Position numbers and translations under genes: made by a program. The notes under the pieces were generated by a model. That model saw nothing but the letters and a program-made list of their open reading frames with translations. It was not told the origin of the DNA and searched no databases. From Lama guanicoe (taxonomy: Eukaryota), in contig MU053432.1 of assembly GCA_013239625.1 (NCBI GenBank), forward strand, positions 359,422 to 423,421: 64,000 nt of DNA, in the 5' to 3' direction. Below are positions 50,620-63,075 of the stretch, piece after piece (within the stretch, counting starts at the first letter, position 1; each line of letters begins with the position of its first letter).

Positions 50620-51700
50620 TTCACCCACTGCAAGCTGGCTTCACTACGTGGACCCTTTCTCAGAGAGCTCCAGTGTCCGGTGTCTATTATCCGGAACTTC
50701 TCTGAAACAGTTTTTGTTGTTGCTGACCATCAACTATTTCTTAAAATGTCCCTTCTTTTAGCTTCTGTAATATTTGTCTTATTCTACATCTTTAGACATT
50801 TACAGTCAATGCTTATGTTTTCCCTCCAGTGACTTTTCTTCCACTGAAGACTGTGAACATTCTTCAGAGCTCAGACTTCAGCTTTACCCATCTCTACATC
50901 CGTTCAGGTTTCACCCACTCCAATAGTTCCATCTATTACATTTACCCACAAAACTCTCAGACCTCTGTCCCTGGTTCTGACATTTGCTGTACTCCACCCC
51001 ACCATTCTTGTTTTCAGGCCAGCTCCATCTGCTTTTGCTGTAGCCACCTTAAGTGCAAAAGGCTGGAGGACATGCTTCCCCTCAAGCTCCTTATTCACCT
51101 CCTCTTATTATTCTTTTCTTTGAAATGTTTCATCTGTAGCCCTTCCTTTCCATTTCCAGAGATAAAAAGGCTAATGTAGGCCATCATTACCACCATCACC
51201 TACATGCATATATTCATCCAGAAAATTTTGATTGAACACCTACTTTGTGCCTGGCACTGGAGATACAGCTGTAAATGCAACAACAATCACTGCCATTGAG
51301 CAGTTTACATTCTAGTGGGGAAGGCAGGTGAAAAACAAGAAAATATATAAAACATGCTTAATAATAAAAATGCTAATAAAAAAATAAAGCAAGGAAGGGG
51401 AAGAAGAAGTGTAAGAGTGGGGAATTATGATTTATCTAGACTGATCACAGAAGGCCTCATGGAGTAAAAACCAAAAGGAAGAAAATGACCATTTGGATAT
51501 CTGAGCATTTCAAGTTGGAGACACAGTGGGAATATATCCTAGTGTATCTGTGGGACAAACAGTGAGGGATCCAGTGTGGCTGGAGAGACGCAGTGACTGC
51601 AAGAGACCATGAAAGGCCTTGACCGCTGTAAGGAGTTGGGTTTTTATTCTAATTGAAAAGGGAAGCTATTGCAAGGTTTTAAACAGAAAAGTAAGGCAAC
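50620..51700. mobile_element. L2 LINE fragments (both orientations)
   Basis: Pyrimidine-rich L2 body to ~51180, then an antisense L2 tail attgaacacctactttgtgcctggcactggagatacag. Confidence 0.6.
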
Positions 51701-51711
51701 TTATTTTCAAA

Positions 51712-51870
51712 TTTTATTTTAAACAGCTTCCTTAAGGTAAAATACATACAATAATCTATATATATTTAAAGTGTACAGTTTGATAAGTTGACATGTTTAC
51801 ACCCATGAAGTCATCAACATAATCAAGATAATAAATATCCATCAACTGAAAAGCTTTCCTTGTATCCTTT
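51712..51870 (-). mobile_element. L1M 3' end fragment
   Basis: tttaaacagcttccttaaggta...tttaaagtgtacagtttgataagttgaca...cacccatgaa, typical L1MB/L1MC 3' terminus. Confidence 0.7.
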
Positions 51871-52699
51871 TTTATATGTTTTTACCAGAATCACTCTGAG
51901 CTGCTACGTTGAGTATAAGCTAAAGAGGGGTAAAAAAGGAGGCAAGATGCCACTGTAATTATCCAGAAGAGAGGTGATGGCATCTCGGACCAGGGAGATA
52001 AGCAGTGGCTATAGTGAGAAGTAGCTGATTAAAAACTCACTAAACTCGTAACTTCCTGCTGCTTATCCACTCTAATTCACTCTGAAGACAAACGAACAAA
52101 TATGTTTCTTTCATAGGATAACTCCCTCCCTACAAAAACGTATTTTAGTTACATAGTGCCCTGAGGCTATAGTCCCAATTCCATTAGGCCCTGCTGCTTC
52201 GATCCCTACTCTCAAATCTACATCTTGGCCTCCTTATATTCCCGCTCCTTTCATTCCCCTCCACTTTGCCTTTCTTTTCTATTCCCACCACACTTCTCAC
52301 CCCTACCCGCACCCCTAGTCTCTAAATTTTACCCACACAAATCCCACTTCCTCCTGAAAGTCTTTCAGGGTCTCTACTGGGATCTCTCCTTTCTTGAGTC
52401 TCCAATTGCACTTGATGTTAATACTTCATAGTAATCTTACCTCTTTTTTTTTTTTTTGACTCATAGTAATCTTACCCTTGTTTTGTTTTGTCTCGTTTTC
52501 TAATCTCTCTTTTGCCCAGGGACATCGATGTACCAGCTCTAGGGCCCCGACGTCCTCCCCAAGTACAAGACTGGGCCTATGCTACTGCAGAAGCTCTCTG
52601 CCTCAGCGTGTCTGTGTGCGGTAGTGTCCTAGCCGCCCTCCCCTCCTTCTTGGGCATCTGCTCTGCATTAGTCTGTCCCAGGCCTCCGCAGGCGCCGGT

Positions 52700-53336
52700 G
52701 ATTGAATCATCATCATTAACCAGGGCCTGCCCCCCCTGCCCCAATTCTCGGCGGCAGCGGGGAGGAAGGGGCGGGGGTAAGATCACTACCAAGTCCCTGG
52801 AGGTCCCTCCCTCCGCCACCCTCTCCGAGATTTCGCATAGCCCCAAGAAACTCCCGCTGTGGAGCCGGGAGAAGGCCCGCCATCGGTATGAAGCTCCGTA
52901 ACGCGGACGCGTCAGCCGAGGAGGGCTGCACTAGAAGTAAAAGGCCCGGAGGGGCTTCTTTAGCGGGGATGTCGTCACAGGAGATCGACGACCGTGAGCG
53001 GTGGCGGGCGAAGACCGCCGGGCCTGTCGGGGTAGAAGGTGGGGGTCTTTTGCAGGCTCCAAAAGTTAGTCCCGAGGTCGTGTAGGGTCTATTATGATGA
53101 TTACTACAACAGGTCAATGAGATAGGACCCCTTCCTACGCGCCCCCTACTCCCTAATTACAGATTGAGGAGGGGGAGGGGCCAGTGGGGCTCAGGTGAGC
53201 ACACGGGGAGAAAGGGACGTGGGCGGGGCCTTACAGAGGGTCAGCGAATCCGAAAAGACTTAAGCCTTCGTTGCGAGGCGACAAGTCCCGCCCCGCAGGC
53301 GGCACCGGAAGTGGCAGGCCAGGATCAGCCTTTAAG
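52700..53336 (+). promoter_or_regulatory. PCGF1 CpG promoter
   Basis: CpG-rich, GC boxes, ETS ccggaagt near 53305, YY1-type aagatggcg overlapping the ATG. Confidence 0.65.
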
Positions 53337-55507
53337 ATGGCGTCTCCTCAGGGGGGCCAGATTGCGATCGCGATGAGGCTTCGGAACCAGCTCCAGTCAG
53401 TGTACAAGATGGACCCGCTACGAAACGAGGTGCAGGGGCGGCAGGGTTATCACTGTGGTCGGCTAGCGGTGCGAACTGGGGCCGGCTAGAGGACGGGCGG
53501 TGGCTGGCCGGGTGCCCAGTGCGCCTGCGCAGAGGCAGGGTGCCCAATGCGCCTGCGCGATTGCGGTTGGGTTGCCAAACTCCGGGCTAGGACGCCTGCG
53601 CATTGTGCTGCCTACGTCTTGTAGTCTCCCCTGGGAAAGGAAAGTCGGGAGAGTCCACGTAAACCGAACCCCAGCTGTGCACGGAGCCCTCTGCCGGGCA
53701 GAAGGGGAGTGCCAGCCCTCGGGAGCTAATTCTCAGCTAACCGCGCAGGGTGCGGGGCTTGGCCTTGGGATACAATGAGAGGTGACTTCTAAGTTGTGAA
53801 GGCCCACGGGTTGGGGTTGGGGGAGTGATCGTTGACCGAGGTTGTGTTTGCAGGAGGAGGTCCGAGTAAAGATCAAAGACTTAAATGAGCACATCGTCTG
53901 CTGCTTGTGCGCAGGCTACTTCGTGGACGCCACCACCATCACAGAGTGTCTTCATACGTGTGAGTGCTCTGGACTCTGGCTGGTTCTTCCAGGCCCTACT
54001 CCCCGCCAAACTGGCTGCCAGCCTCTAGGCTGCTTCCCCAACCACCCAGGCACCCCGACCCAGCCCATGAACTCGATTTCCAGAGGGCCTGAGAATCTAC
54101 TTTTCTCTTCATGCAGTCTGCAAGAGCTGTATTGTGAAGTACCTCCAAACCAGCAAGTACTGCCCCATGTGCAACATCAAGATCCATGAGACACAGCCAC
54201 TGCTCAACCTCAAACTGGACCGGGTCATGCAGGACATCGTGTACAAGCTAGTGCCTGGTTTGCAAGACAGTGAGTGACCAGCCTTTGAGGGGTCTCTAGA
54301 GGACTGATGCGGGGTGGCAGGTTATGGTGACAAGGGCTTTGGTGGGAATCATGCAGGTAAAGAGGCCGACAGCTAAAAGGACAAAGAGTGCGGGAGGGCC
54401 TATACTTCCCACACTCCACTCCCTTCTAGGTGAAGAGAAACGGATCCGAGAATTCTACCAGTCCCGAGGCTTGGACCGAGTCACCCAACCCAGCGGGGAA
54501 GGTATGTCCCTTGGTGGCAGGAGGGTACGGTAAAGCCCCAGAGCATTCCTCCTGCCCAGTTTTGCTCCCTGGGGAAGGAGTATGGAACATGTGCCAACCC
54601 TCCTCACTACTCCGTCTTTCTCAGAGCCAGCCCTGAGCAACCTTGGCCTCCCCTTCAGCAGCTTCGACCACTCCAAAGCCCACTACTACCGCTATGATGA
54701 GCAGCTGAGCCTATGTCTGGAGCGGCTGAGGTGAGGGGCAGGTCATGGACCATCTGAAGTGACAGTGACAATGACCCAGAGCCAGAGAGGGGCTCAGGGT
54801 GGGACCGAGCAGTGAAGGAGTGTCTGTTTCCCTTGGAGAGAGAGTATATCTTGGCTCTGGGTGGGGGGCAGGGGAAAGATAGGGCTCCCTAACCTGTGTC
54901 TGTTTCCCCTCAGTTCTGGCAAAGACAAGAGTAAAAGCGTCCTTCAGGTGAGAGGGGCTTAAGGGAGGGCCTCTCTAAGGAGACTTACCTCCCCATGGCC
55001 CTTCCCTCACACACCTTATCCTCTTCCTTTCCCTTCTGACCCCCCAGAACAAATATGTCCGATGTTCTGTTAGAGCTGAGGTTCGCCATCTCCGGAGGGT
55101 CTTATGTCACCGCTTGATGCTGAATCCCCAGCATGTGAGTATTCCCACAGCAGGGTTTTCTGGGGCAGGGGAGAAGGGACTAAGAAAGGAGGAACACAGT
55201 CTGGGGTAGACCAGGGTAGTTCTTGACCTATGCAGGAGGAGAGTTCCTAAAACTGTGCCCCCATCTCCCGCCTAGGTGCAGCTCCTTTTTGACAATGAAG
55301 TTCTCCCTGATCACATGACCATGAAGCAGATATGGCTCTCCCGCTGGTTCGGCAAGGTGAGCCAGTGCCAAGGCAGTCCCCAGGGCAGGGGTGGGCTGAG
55401 GTGGCCTTTTGGGTAGGAACGTTCCTGCTGACTACCTCCTCCCCTTGTTCTCTCCTTAGCCATCCCCTTTGCTTTTACAATACAGTGTAAAAGAGAAGAG
55501 GAGGTAG
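53337..55507 (+). CDS. PCGF1: Polycomb group RING finger 1 (NSPc1; PRC1.1), 259 aa
   Basis: Exons 53337-53429, 53854-53959, 54117-54269, 54430-54501, 54625-54730, 54914-54947, 55048-55134, 55276-55356 and 55460-55507 sum to 780 nt. RING [25 protein letters not shown] and RAWUL domain. AATAAA at 55585-55590. Confidence 0.97.
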
Positions 55508-57758
55508 GGGCCAAGCCCCCACCCCACCCCTCCCCATTCCCTCCCAGATATTTATGTGAAATTAACCTCGGCTTTATTTTTTGAAATAAAAACTTTTAAA
55601 AAGCATCTCTCTTTTCCCTTTTTGTTCTGCCACACGCATGCTTTGTCCTGTGACCTGCTTCCCTCTTGAGAAATCCTCTGGAGTTTCATCAAGAAGGAGG
55701 GCCTCTCTTTGTCGGTGGTCCCTCAGTGAATTGCCAAAGGAAAGTGGTAGAGGACCCTACGTATGTAAAACTCAGAAGGTGAGCTAAGTGAAACCAGGTC
55801 ATGCAAATCAGCTTCTTTTTGGTGAAGGGAAGGGGAGCTCTCACTGTCCTTGAATGTTGCCACATATGATGCAGGCCTGAGTGGAGGTATCCTAATTCAA
55901 GAGTGGGGCTAGGGTTGGACAGTGGCCACTGCAGGGCTGAGGAAGAGTGATATTTTAAAGAAAATACAAAGAATTGCACTATGTGGGGAGGAGTCCTTAA
56001 AAAACTGAGACGCAAGACCACACCGGGGATAGTCACAGTTGGAAACCTGGCAATCCATACAAGATTTGGTGGGTCTTCAGAAACATGGGCTGGGCGAAGC
56101 CAGGGAGTTGAGGAGGAGAGGAAGCTGGTGCTCAGGAGAGGCGGCTTTAAGGAACAAGAGGGAAGCAGCAAGTTTTCCTTGTCTGTATGAGCCAGACAGT
56201 AACAGGAGAGGCTGGAGGCCAATGCAAGGCATTCCTGAAGGAACCTAATGGGCTGTTGTGGAATCTGGGACAAACAGGATGGTGCAGGTGGCATAAATGT
56301 GGCCAGAACCTGATTTTAAAGCCTAAATCTCACACTGCCCAAAGTCTGACCCCATTAATTCAAGGCGGTCTTTGGGCATAGCTGGTGAGGGCTGAAGGCA
56401 CCTGAATTTCCCCAGATGGAGATTGAAGATTAGAGATTATGTGGCAGAGAACTCGGGACGGGAGTAGTAAAGGCAGCCTGAACTGGCTGAGAGAGACAGT
56501 GACTCAGGGGGCAAACACCTGGGCTGTCTCCCAGAGCACAGTACGCCTGGGATGAAGCTCGTAGGCCAAGAGAATGGCCTGTGGATAGACTGCAGACAGC
56601 AAGGAAGAGCCCTTGGAGTGCACTGGGCAGGCAGTGGGGACCGGGATGGGGACACTGCAGAGCCACTGGCCCAGGCCCGATTCCTTCCTGACACCACTCC
56701 AAGATTCCTAAAGCTTCCCATGTCTCAGGCCTCATGCCTGGAATGTCTCCCCTGCCATACTGAGCTGTCCTTGGAAGGCCTAAGTGTCACCTCCTCCAGG
56801 ACGCCCTCCCTTAGTCAGAATCAGGGCTTCATCCACTGTCTGCAGCCTGCCTCCCCACCAGCATACATCTTGAGGTTTGGGATGAATTCTGTCTATCTCA
56901 GGATTTCCTGCTCTCTTCTCCTCTGGGGACTCCCAAGACCACTGCGCTCTGGTTGTTGTCAAGACATTTGTGTGTAAAAGGGTATTTCCAAGGAGTGACT
57001 CCAGAGGAAGAAATGTGGGCTGGAGGGGGATGGGATGAAGGTAAGGAGAATAGAAATGCCCCTGGGTACTTAGCAGGGGCCCCAGGAACTTGGGCGTAGT
57101 CAGATGGGGTTTGGCGGCAGATTGGCGCCTGGCACGTCCAGTCAGAAGATAAGGCTGCCCGAGGCCCGCCTGAGGACCAAGCCTGGGGATGAGGCCTGGC
57201 TTGTGGCCAAGAAGCAGCGGAAAGCGATCTGGGATGGAGCGGCTGTCCGCCTCGCCACCAGCTCAGCAGAGCCTTCTTTTTGTCTGTCAGCGGCCGGCGG
57301 TGGGGTGCAGCTGCCGGGCGTCTCCCGAGGTGGCTGATGCAGGCCGGCTGCAGGCACCATGCTGCTCTCCCTCCATCCATGGGCTCATTACTCTCCTGCC
57401 TGGCTTGCCCCACGCAGACCTTGTCCCTCGGGGTCACCCGGGTCTTGATCTGCGCCAGGGCGGTCGAATCAAGCCAAGATTCTCTTGTGCGCGGCATTCA
57501 AAGCGAAGCCGCCCCAGTGCGCGGCCCTCCCTTTCCTGGGCGCCCAGCACCGAGGCTTCAGGGTGGAGGCATTAGTCCTCACCTGCAGGGCCAGGCCTGC
57601 CTGGCCCCTGCCCCTCCTCACCTAGCCGTTTCCGCGGTCCACACTTACCTGGGGAAGGGGGCACCGAGATTTGCTCCTGTCTTTGGCGCAGAGGGGGACC
57701 GGTCCCTCTCAGCCTGGCCAGTCTCTCCCAGGACTCGGGTGTGGGAAGGGGTGAGGAG

Positions 57759-57952
57759 CTGGGGAAAAGGGGCTTTCCTGGAACAGTGAGTCTCAAGGTG
57801 TACGCCCCTGTGAGCGGGTGGGGAGCGTCTGAGCATCCCCGCTCCCCTACCCAAGCCTACACACCCGCGGGTTTCCCCGCGGCGGTTGCGCAGAGCTTTT
57901 TGTGAGCCGGCGTAAAGGGCCGAAAAGAACTCACAAACCTTAGGCCCTAGAA
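57759..57952 (+). other. LBX2: Probable upstream alternative LBX2 first exon homologue, non-coding in this species
   Basis: CTG GGG AAA AGG ... GCG TAA AGG GCC GAA AAG AAC TCA CAA ... AGA A|gtaaga. Resembles the recalled human alternative N-terminus MGKR...RAENNSQ. Phase-1 donor compatible with LBX2 exon 2. Confidence 0.5.
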
Positions 57953-60900
57953 GTAAGAAAAAAATTTGTGTCTGAATCAGCTCTGTCTGCATTAACGACT
58001 TCTGAAAGAGAAACCATCCCAGAAGTGTGCGAGATGGACGGACGCCCCGCCCCACTTTCCTCTGCCTGGAGTTTCCTCCCTAAATTGCCGCTTCTCTCTT
58101 ATTCTGGTTAATGATTTTCCCCAAGGGGAGGGGAGGACAGGACATGCACATCTCTTGAGACTGTCCTTCTCAGCTATTCACTGCCCCAAGGAGGTAATTC
58201 TGATGATCCCCAAACACACCCCCCACGCACACGCAAAATTGGGAGAAATGGATGGATGGGAAATCCGGGAGACTGAAGGCCATTTATTGAGCAGATAGGG
58301 ATGCCAAGAAGGGGGAGGGGGTACATCTAGGGCAGGCCTGAGTAAAGGAACCTGCAAGATGAGAGGCTGAGGTGGGTATGGCGGATAAGAAGTACGGTGT
58401 CAGGGAATGAGAAATAAGATGGGGGTGATGAGGAAAGGGAATTCTAGAGGACAAGGCAGAGAGGGTTGGACCACAGGGGTGGGAGGAATGGCGGGAAGAG
58501 ATGCACTGGAGGGCGGCAGCACTCCCAAAGTGTGGGGGGGTAGCCTATGAGACAGCTGAGCGCCCCGCCACCCCTGCCCCAGGCAGCCCAGAACCCAGGT
58601 TTAATCTCTTAATCTCCCTCATTAATCATTCACCCTCCTCCCACCCCACTCGGAGGATCTGGTTTCTCCCCAGCTCAGGTTCCAGGGGCTTTGCTGGGAA
58701 AAGTCCCCTCCTGTGGCCCCACAATTGTCTGGACAAGTCCCTGGCCGCTGGGATGACCTTAGCTGGGCTCTACTGCCAGCAGCTCCTCCCTTGAGTAGTC
58801 CTCCATCTCTCTCCGCCCCCAAACCTACATCTGGAGATCGCCAAACCCCACTGTCCAACCCCATTCCTAAGCCTGGTTGCTCCGGGGAGAAGGTTGGAGA
58901 GACGGAAGGGGAGGAAAGCAAAGGCCCTACAGGAGAGCCCGAGCTGATACACAACAGTAATTGAGAGCAGAAGAGATGACATAAAGGCCACATAGAGGGT
59001 GCACGAGTGAGGGTCGTAGTGTCTGGTGACAGGCCTGGGATATAAGCTAGGCAGTTCCTGCAGCCTCCTGGGACTCCCTTTAATTGCAGATTAAATGAAA
59101 CCACCAGGATGGGTCAGAGGGCTGCATCCTCTAACTAGGAGGCCTTCTCCTGGCCCTCCTCCACCCTCCACCATTAATAACCAATAAACAAGATCCTGAG
59201 GCATCTCAGCTTTTCACGCTCTGGTCTCTGACCCAACAGTGGCCCACTGGGCTGTGTTGCTCAGGCTGCCATGAGGGTATTATATGATTGTCTGGATGTG
59301 TCTTAGGGGATGGAGGGGTGTCATGGGAGGGAGCTTTTTACCAAGAAGACCCTGTGTTTCTTCACCTTTGTTGGGTGTGAGCTAGGTCAGTGCCTCAGGT
59401 CACACGAGGTTCCCTGACCCCCATTACCAAAGTCCCTTCCTGTCCTTATCAAAGGGTCTCTGACCCAGGTGCCTTGGATTTCCCAAGCTCAGGTTTAGGC
59501 ACCCCAACTGCAGGCTCCACTTGCCCCAGGGAATAGACAGGGGGACCCAGAGGATCACTGCACAAATGGTGGGAGGTACAGAAGTCTACAGAGAAGGTGA
59601 CATGATGGACAGTCCAGGAGAGACCGGCCCACATTTTCATGGCACTGTTCAAAAACTTCTGTGGAAACCCATAGCAGTTTCTTAGGGGTGGTGAGTTGCT
59701 TAGAGGTGGTGGGGCTTCTCTGCCTCTGGGCCGTGAACTCCCTAGCTCATTGGGAGGCAATTTGTGAACAAAACCCTTTTTCCATGAGGCCTCCACTGGT
59801 GAGCAGTGCTGACCCAGAGGTGCTTTATTCCTACTAAGAAGGGCTGTGGTGCGAGCCCAGGACAATAGGTGTGGGAGTGAAGAGGGAAAGACAGGACACA
59901 GATAAAAGAGCAATGACTACCCCATGTCTTAGAATTTGTCCCTGGATAGGCAGGGGTTTCTGTCCCAGGATTTGGATGGGCAGATAAATTCTGCCCTTCA
60001 AGTCACTCTTCTATAGGGAGTGACCATAATTTTCCTCAGCAGTGACCAGTGGCCCTTCCTACTGCTGCTGATGCTAGGTGGTTTCTGGGCCTCCCAGGCT
60101 GAGGGACCCCTACTCCAATTACAGGAGCTTAATAAAGAAACAAAGACAGATGGACTGGTAGACCTAAAGAGTAAGCAGGAGGCCCTCGGTGAAGCCAGCC
60201 TTCATTGGCGAGGACCCCTCCTGGGCAGTAACCCTAGCTCGGGTTTGCTGTGTCCTCTCTCCTGAGGCCCAAGTCTCTGGCCCCTTCTCCGTGTGCTCTG
60301 GCTTCCTCAGGACCTCTGAGACGCGGCAGGACAGCCGTGAGTCCAGCCAGAGAGCCGGCAGAGTCCACTCACCTGCGCGCTTGATTCCCCACCGCATCCC
60401 CACTATTCCCCGATTGCAGTCGCTCTGCCAGTCCAGGTCCTCCCAAGTCTTGAGTCCCCCAGCCCCCAGCGCCGCGCTAATAATTTCCAGCCGCGCTGGA
60501 CCTCTTAAAGAGCGTTCCACAGGGGTGGGGCGGGACGAGGGGGCCAGGTCAGGAGACAGAGGTCCTTACTAGGTGGGACTGGGGGGCTCCCAGCACTGTC
60601 AGCTCTACTCTCTCTCCTCGGAATTTTGCAAATCCCCAGCCGCTGGGGCCAGGGAAAGCGATTTTATTGCCTACGAGTTTATGAGCCAGAGCTGCGGCTA
60701 GGCGGGGAGTCTGTGGTACACAGAATCTGGGGGCCGCCCAGGAAGGGTCCAGCCCGAGTGTGCACGGGGCCGTGTCTGGCCTACGGCCGGGTCTGGCGGG
60801 ATTGTTCCGCCGGTTGCTCTCCATACCTTCCCACCCTGTAGAAATACCGCTGCCTGGACTTCTACCAGCTCCAGACCCACCGCGGCCCCGGGTTGGGGGG

Positions 60901-61050
60901 TGGGGGCGCAGGAGGAGGGGCATACGAGGCTCGGGCCCAGCGCGGGGGGCGGGTCCGAGTCGGGGGGCCCAGATCGGGAGCCGCGCTGGGGCCCAGGCAG
61001 TTGCGGAGCCCAGCGCAGCGGGCGGCGGGACTGCCACAGCCCGGCTGGCC

Positions 61051-62695
61051 ATGAGCTCGGGATCCGAGCCCCGGCCACCTTGGACACCCTTCAGCATCGC
61101 AGACATCCTAGGCCCACGTATGGTTCCCCGAGGACCCTCTGCGTCGCAGCTTCCAGAGTCGAGCCCAAGTCCCACGTCGCCGCTGTGCGCGCTGGAGGAG
61201 CTGACTAGTAAAACTTTCTGCGGACTTGACGGGCACGCTCCACAACCCTCTGAAGGTATAGTGCTGGCAAGGTCGCGCACTGTGACTTGGCCTTCTCCCC
61301 ATTTCTCTCCTCCAGGTTACCGATCCTTCGTTCACCCTGACCGCTACCCAAATCCGAGCCCTGCCCTCAGCCCACGTGCTGGGGCCGGTATTTCCCTCTG
61401 CCCCCCTCCCCTCCTCTAGTTCCCAGGCTCCGCGGCCGCTCCTGGAGGCCGCCAGCGCCGAGGGGAAGGGCCAGTCTGTCGAGAACTGAGCGACCCGTCG
61501 GTCCGTTCGCTGTAGGCGGGGCAATCGCGACAGAGAAAGGTCGGAGAGGAGACAAAAGGCCTGAGCTGGAGGCTGTGAACGAGTGAGCTAGGACAGGGGC
61601 GACGCAGAAAGTGCTGGGAGACGAGGCTCAGGCCTCTCCGAGTGACCGAGCTCCGCTCCAAGCCGCTCTCTTCTGGAGAGGGCACAAGAACAGAGGGTCC
61701 TTGGAACGGCCAGGGCTGCGGGACTCCGCACTCCGCCTTTCCTCGCCCTTTGTACCCCACTCTCTTCCTTTCGGGCTCGATGAGGGGGAGCCTGTGTCAC
61801 CAAAAAAAAAGTAAGCCGAGAGTGCCCGACACGACCCACGAGTCTAAAGAGGGGCACGATCCGGGTCCTGTTACACTCACCGTGCCGGTTGGCTGCCGCT
61901 ACTCTGACCGTGGTCAGCCCCCGCCTCTGGTTCCCTGGTTCCGGCCCGGATCTGCAAGCCCGCTCCGTCAGGGGCTCCGGAAGGCCTCAGAGGCCCCGCC
62001 CTAGACCTCCAGACAGTGCACGACGTCTCCTCTGGCTTGTCCCATCCTCCTCCCACTCCCCCGTCCCCGCAAGATGCCCTTGGCCTGCAGCGTACCCCAG
62101 TTGCCGATTCCACTTTGTGCGCCCCGCCTCGGGGTCACCTCCCGGCCCCGCCTCACAGTTCGGGAAGGGACAGCGTTTCTGGCTCCTGTCCCCTTCCTGG
62201 TTCCGCACCAAGCCCGCCTCGCTGGCTTGACCCCCATCCCTGCTTTTCCTCCCGGGCCCGACGCCTGATTCCCGCAGGCTAGAGACTGACGCGCGCCCTA
62301 TCCCCGCAGGCCGCGCAGCCCCGGGCGCGCTGGGCCCCGGCCCGGCCGGCCGCAGACGGCGGAAGTCACGCACGGCGTTCACCGCGCAGCAGGTGCTGGA
62401 GCTGGAGCGGCGCTTCGTCTTCCAGAAGTACCTGGCGCCTTCCGAGCGCGACGGGCTGGCGGCGAGGCTCGGCTTGGCCAACGCGCAGGTGGTCACGTGG
62501 TTCCAGAACCGGCGCGCCAAGCTCAAGCGCGACGTGGAGGAGATGCGCGCCGACGTGGCCTCGCTGCGCGCGCTGTCCCCCGAGATCCAGTGCCGCCTGG
62601 CGCTGCCTGACGGCGTCCCGGGCCTTGGCCCCGGCCCTGCCCGGCCTGACTCTGGGCCCCACCTGGCAGACGAGGAGATAGAGGTGGACGATTGA
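61051..62695 (+). CDS. LBX2: Ladybird homeobox 2, 196 aa
   Basis: Exons 61051-61255 (eh1 PFSIADIL, TSPLCALEELTSKTF) and 62310-62695 (RRKSRTAF...VVTWFQNRRAKLKRD, ends EEIEVDD), 591 nt. AATAAA at 62826-62831. Confidence 0.97.
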
Positions 62696-62884
62696 AATGA
62701 AAGCCGCCGTCCGGGCTCCGGGGCGCTGGACTCCGCGCCTCCGCGTCCAGTCGGGGTTCCGGGGTGGAGGGAGGGTGTCGACCCAGGCCTCACAGCCCAG
62801 ACGCCCACATTTCCCAACTGCTGAGAATAAAGTTGAGACTCCGCCACAGCATGCCTCAGTCCTGGCGCCCAGAGCAGTAAGAGC

Positions 62885-63075
62885 GGACTCTACTGATTAT
62901 CGCGAAGATTCTGTGTTTGGCACTGTGCCCAGCGCTTTAAACGCGGTGTTTCCGTTAACCTGCATAGCAACCCTGTAAGGTAGGTGATATAACTACGCCC
63001 ATTTTACAAAAGACGAACCCCCAGGTCAGGATTTGGGCCAGGCATCCAGTCAGCCTTCAGAGCTGGTGCTGGTTA
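62885..63075 (-). mobile_element. MIR SINE
   Basis: ggcactgtgcccagcgcttta...agcaaccctgtaaggtaggt...cccattttaca, MIR core. Confidence 0.65.

Noticed and set aside
55689..57789. Several 140-200 aa ORFs between PCGF1 and LBX2
   Set aside because: No recognisable homology or exon chain. The region is better explained as lncRNA or regulatory sequence.
60549..62847. 243-aa and 286-aa minus-strand ORFs
   Set aside because: Antisense shadows of the LBX2 CpG island and homeobox.
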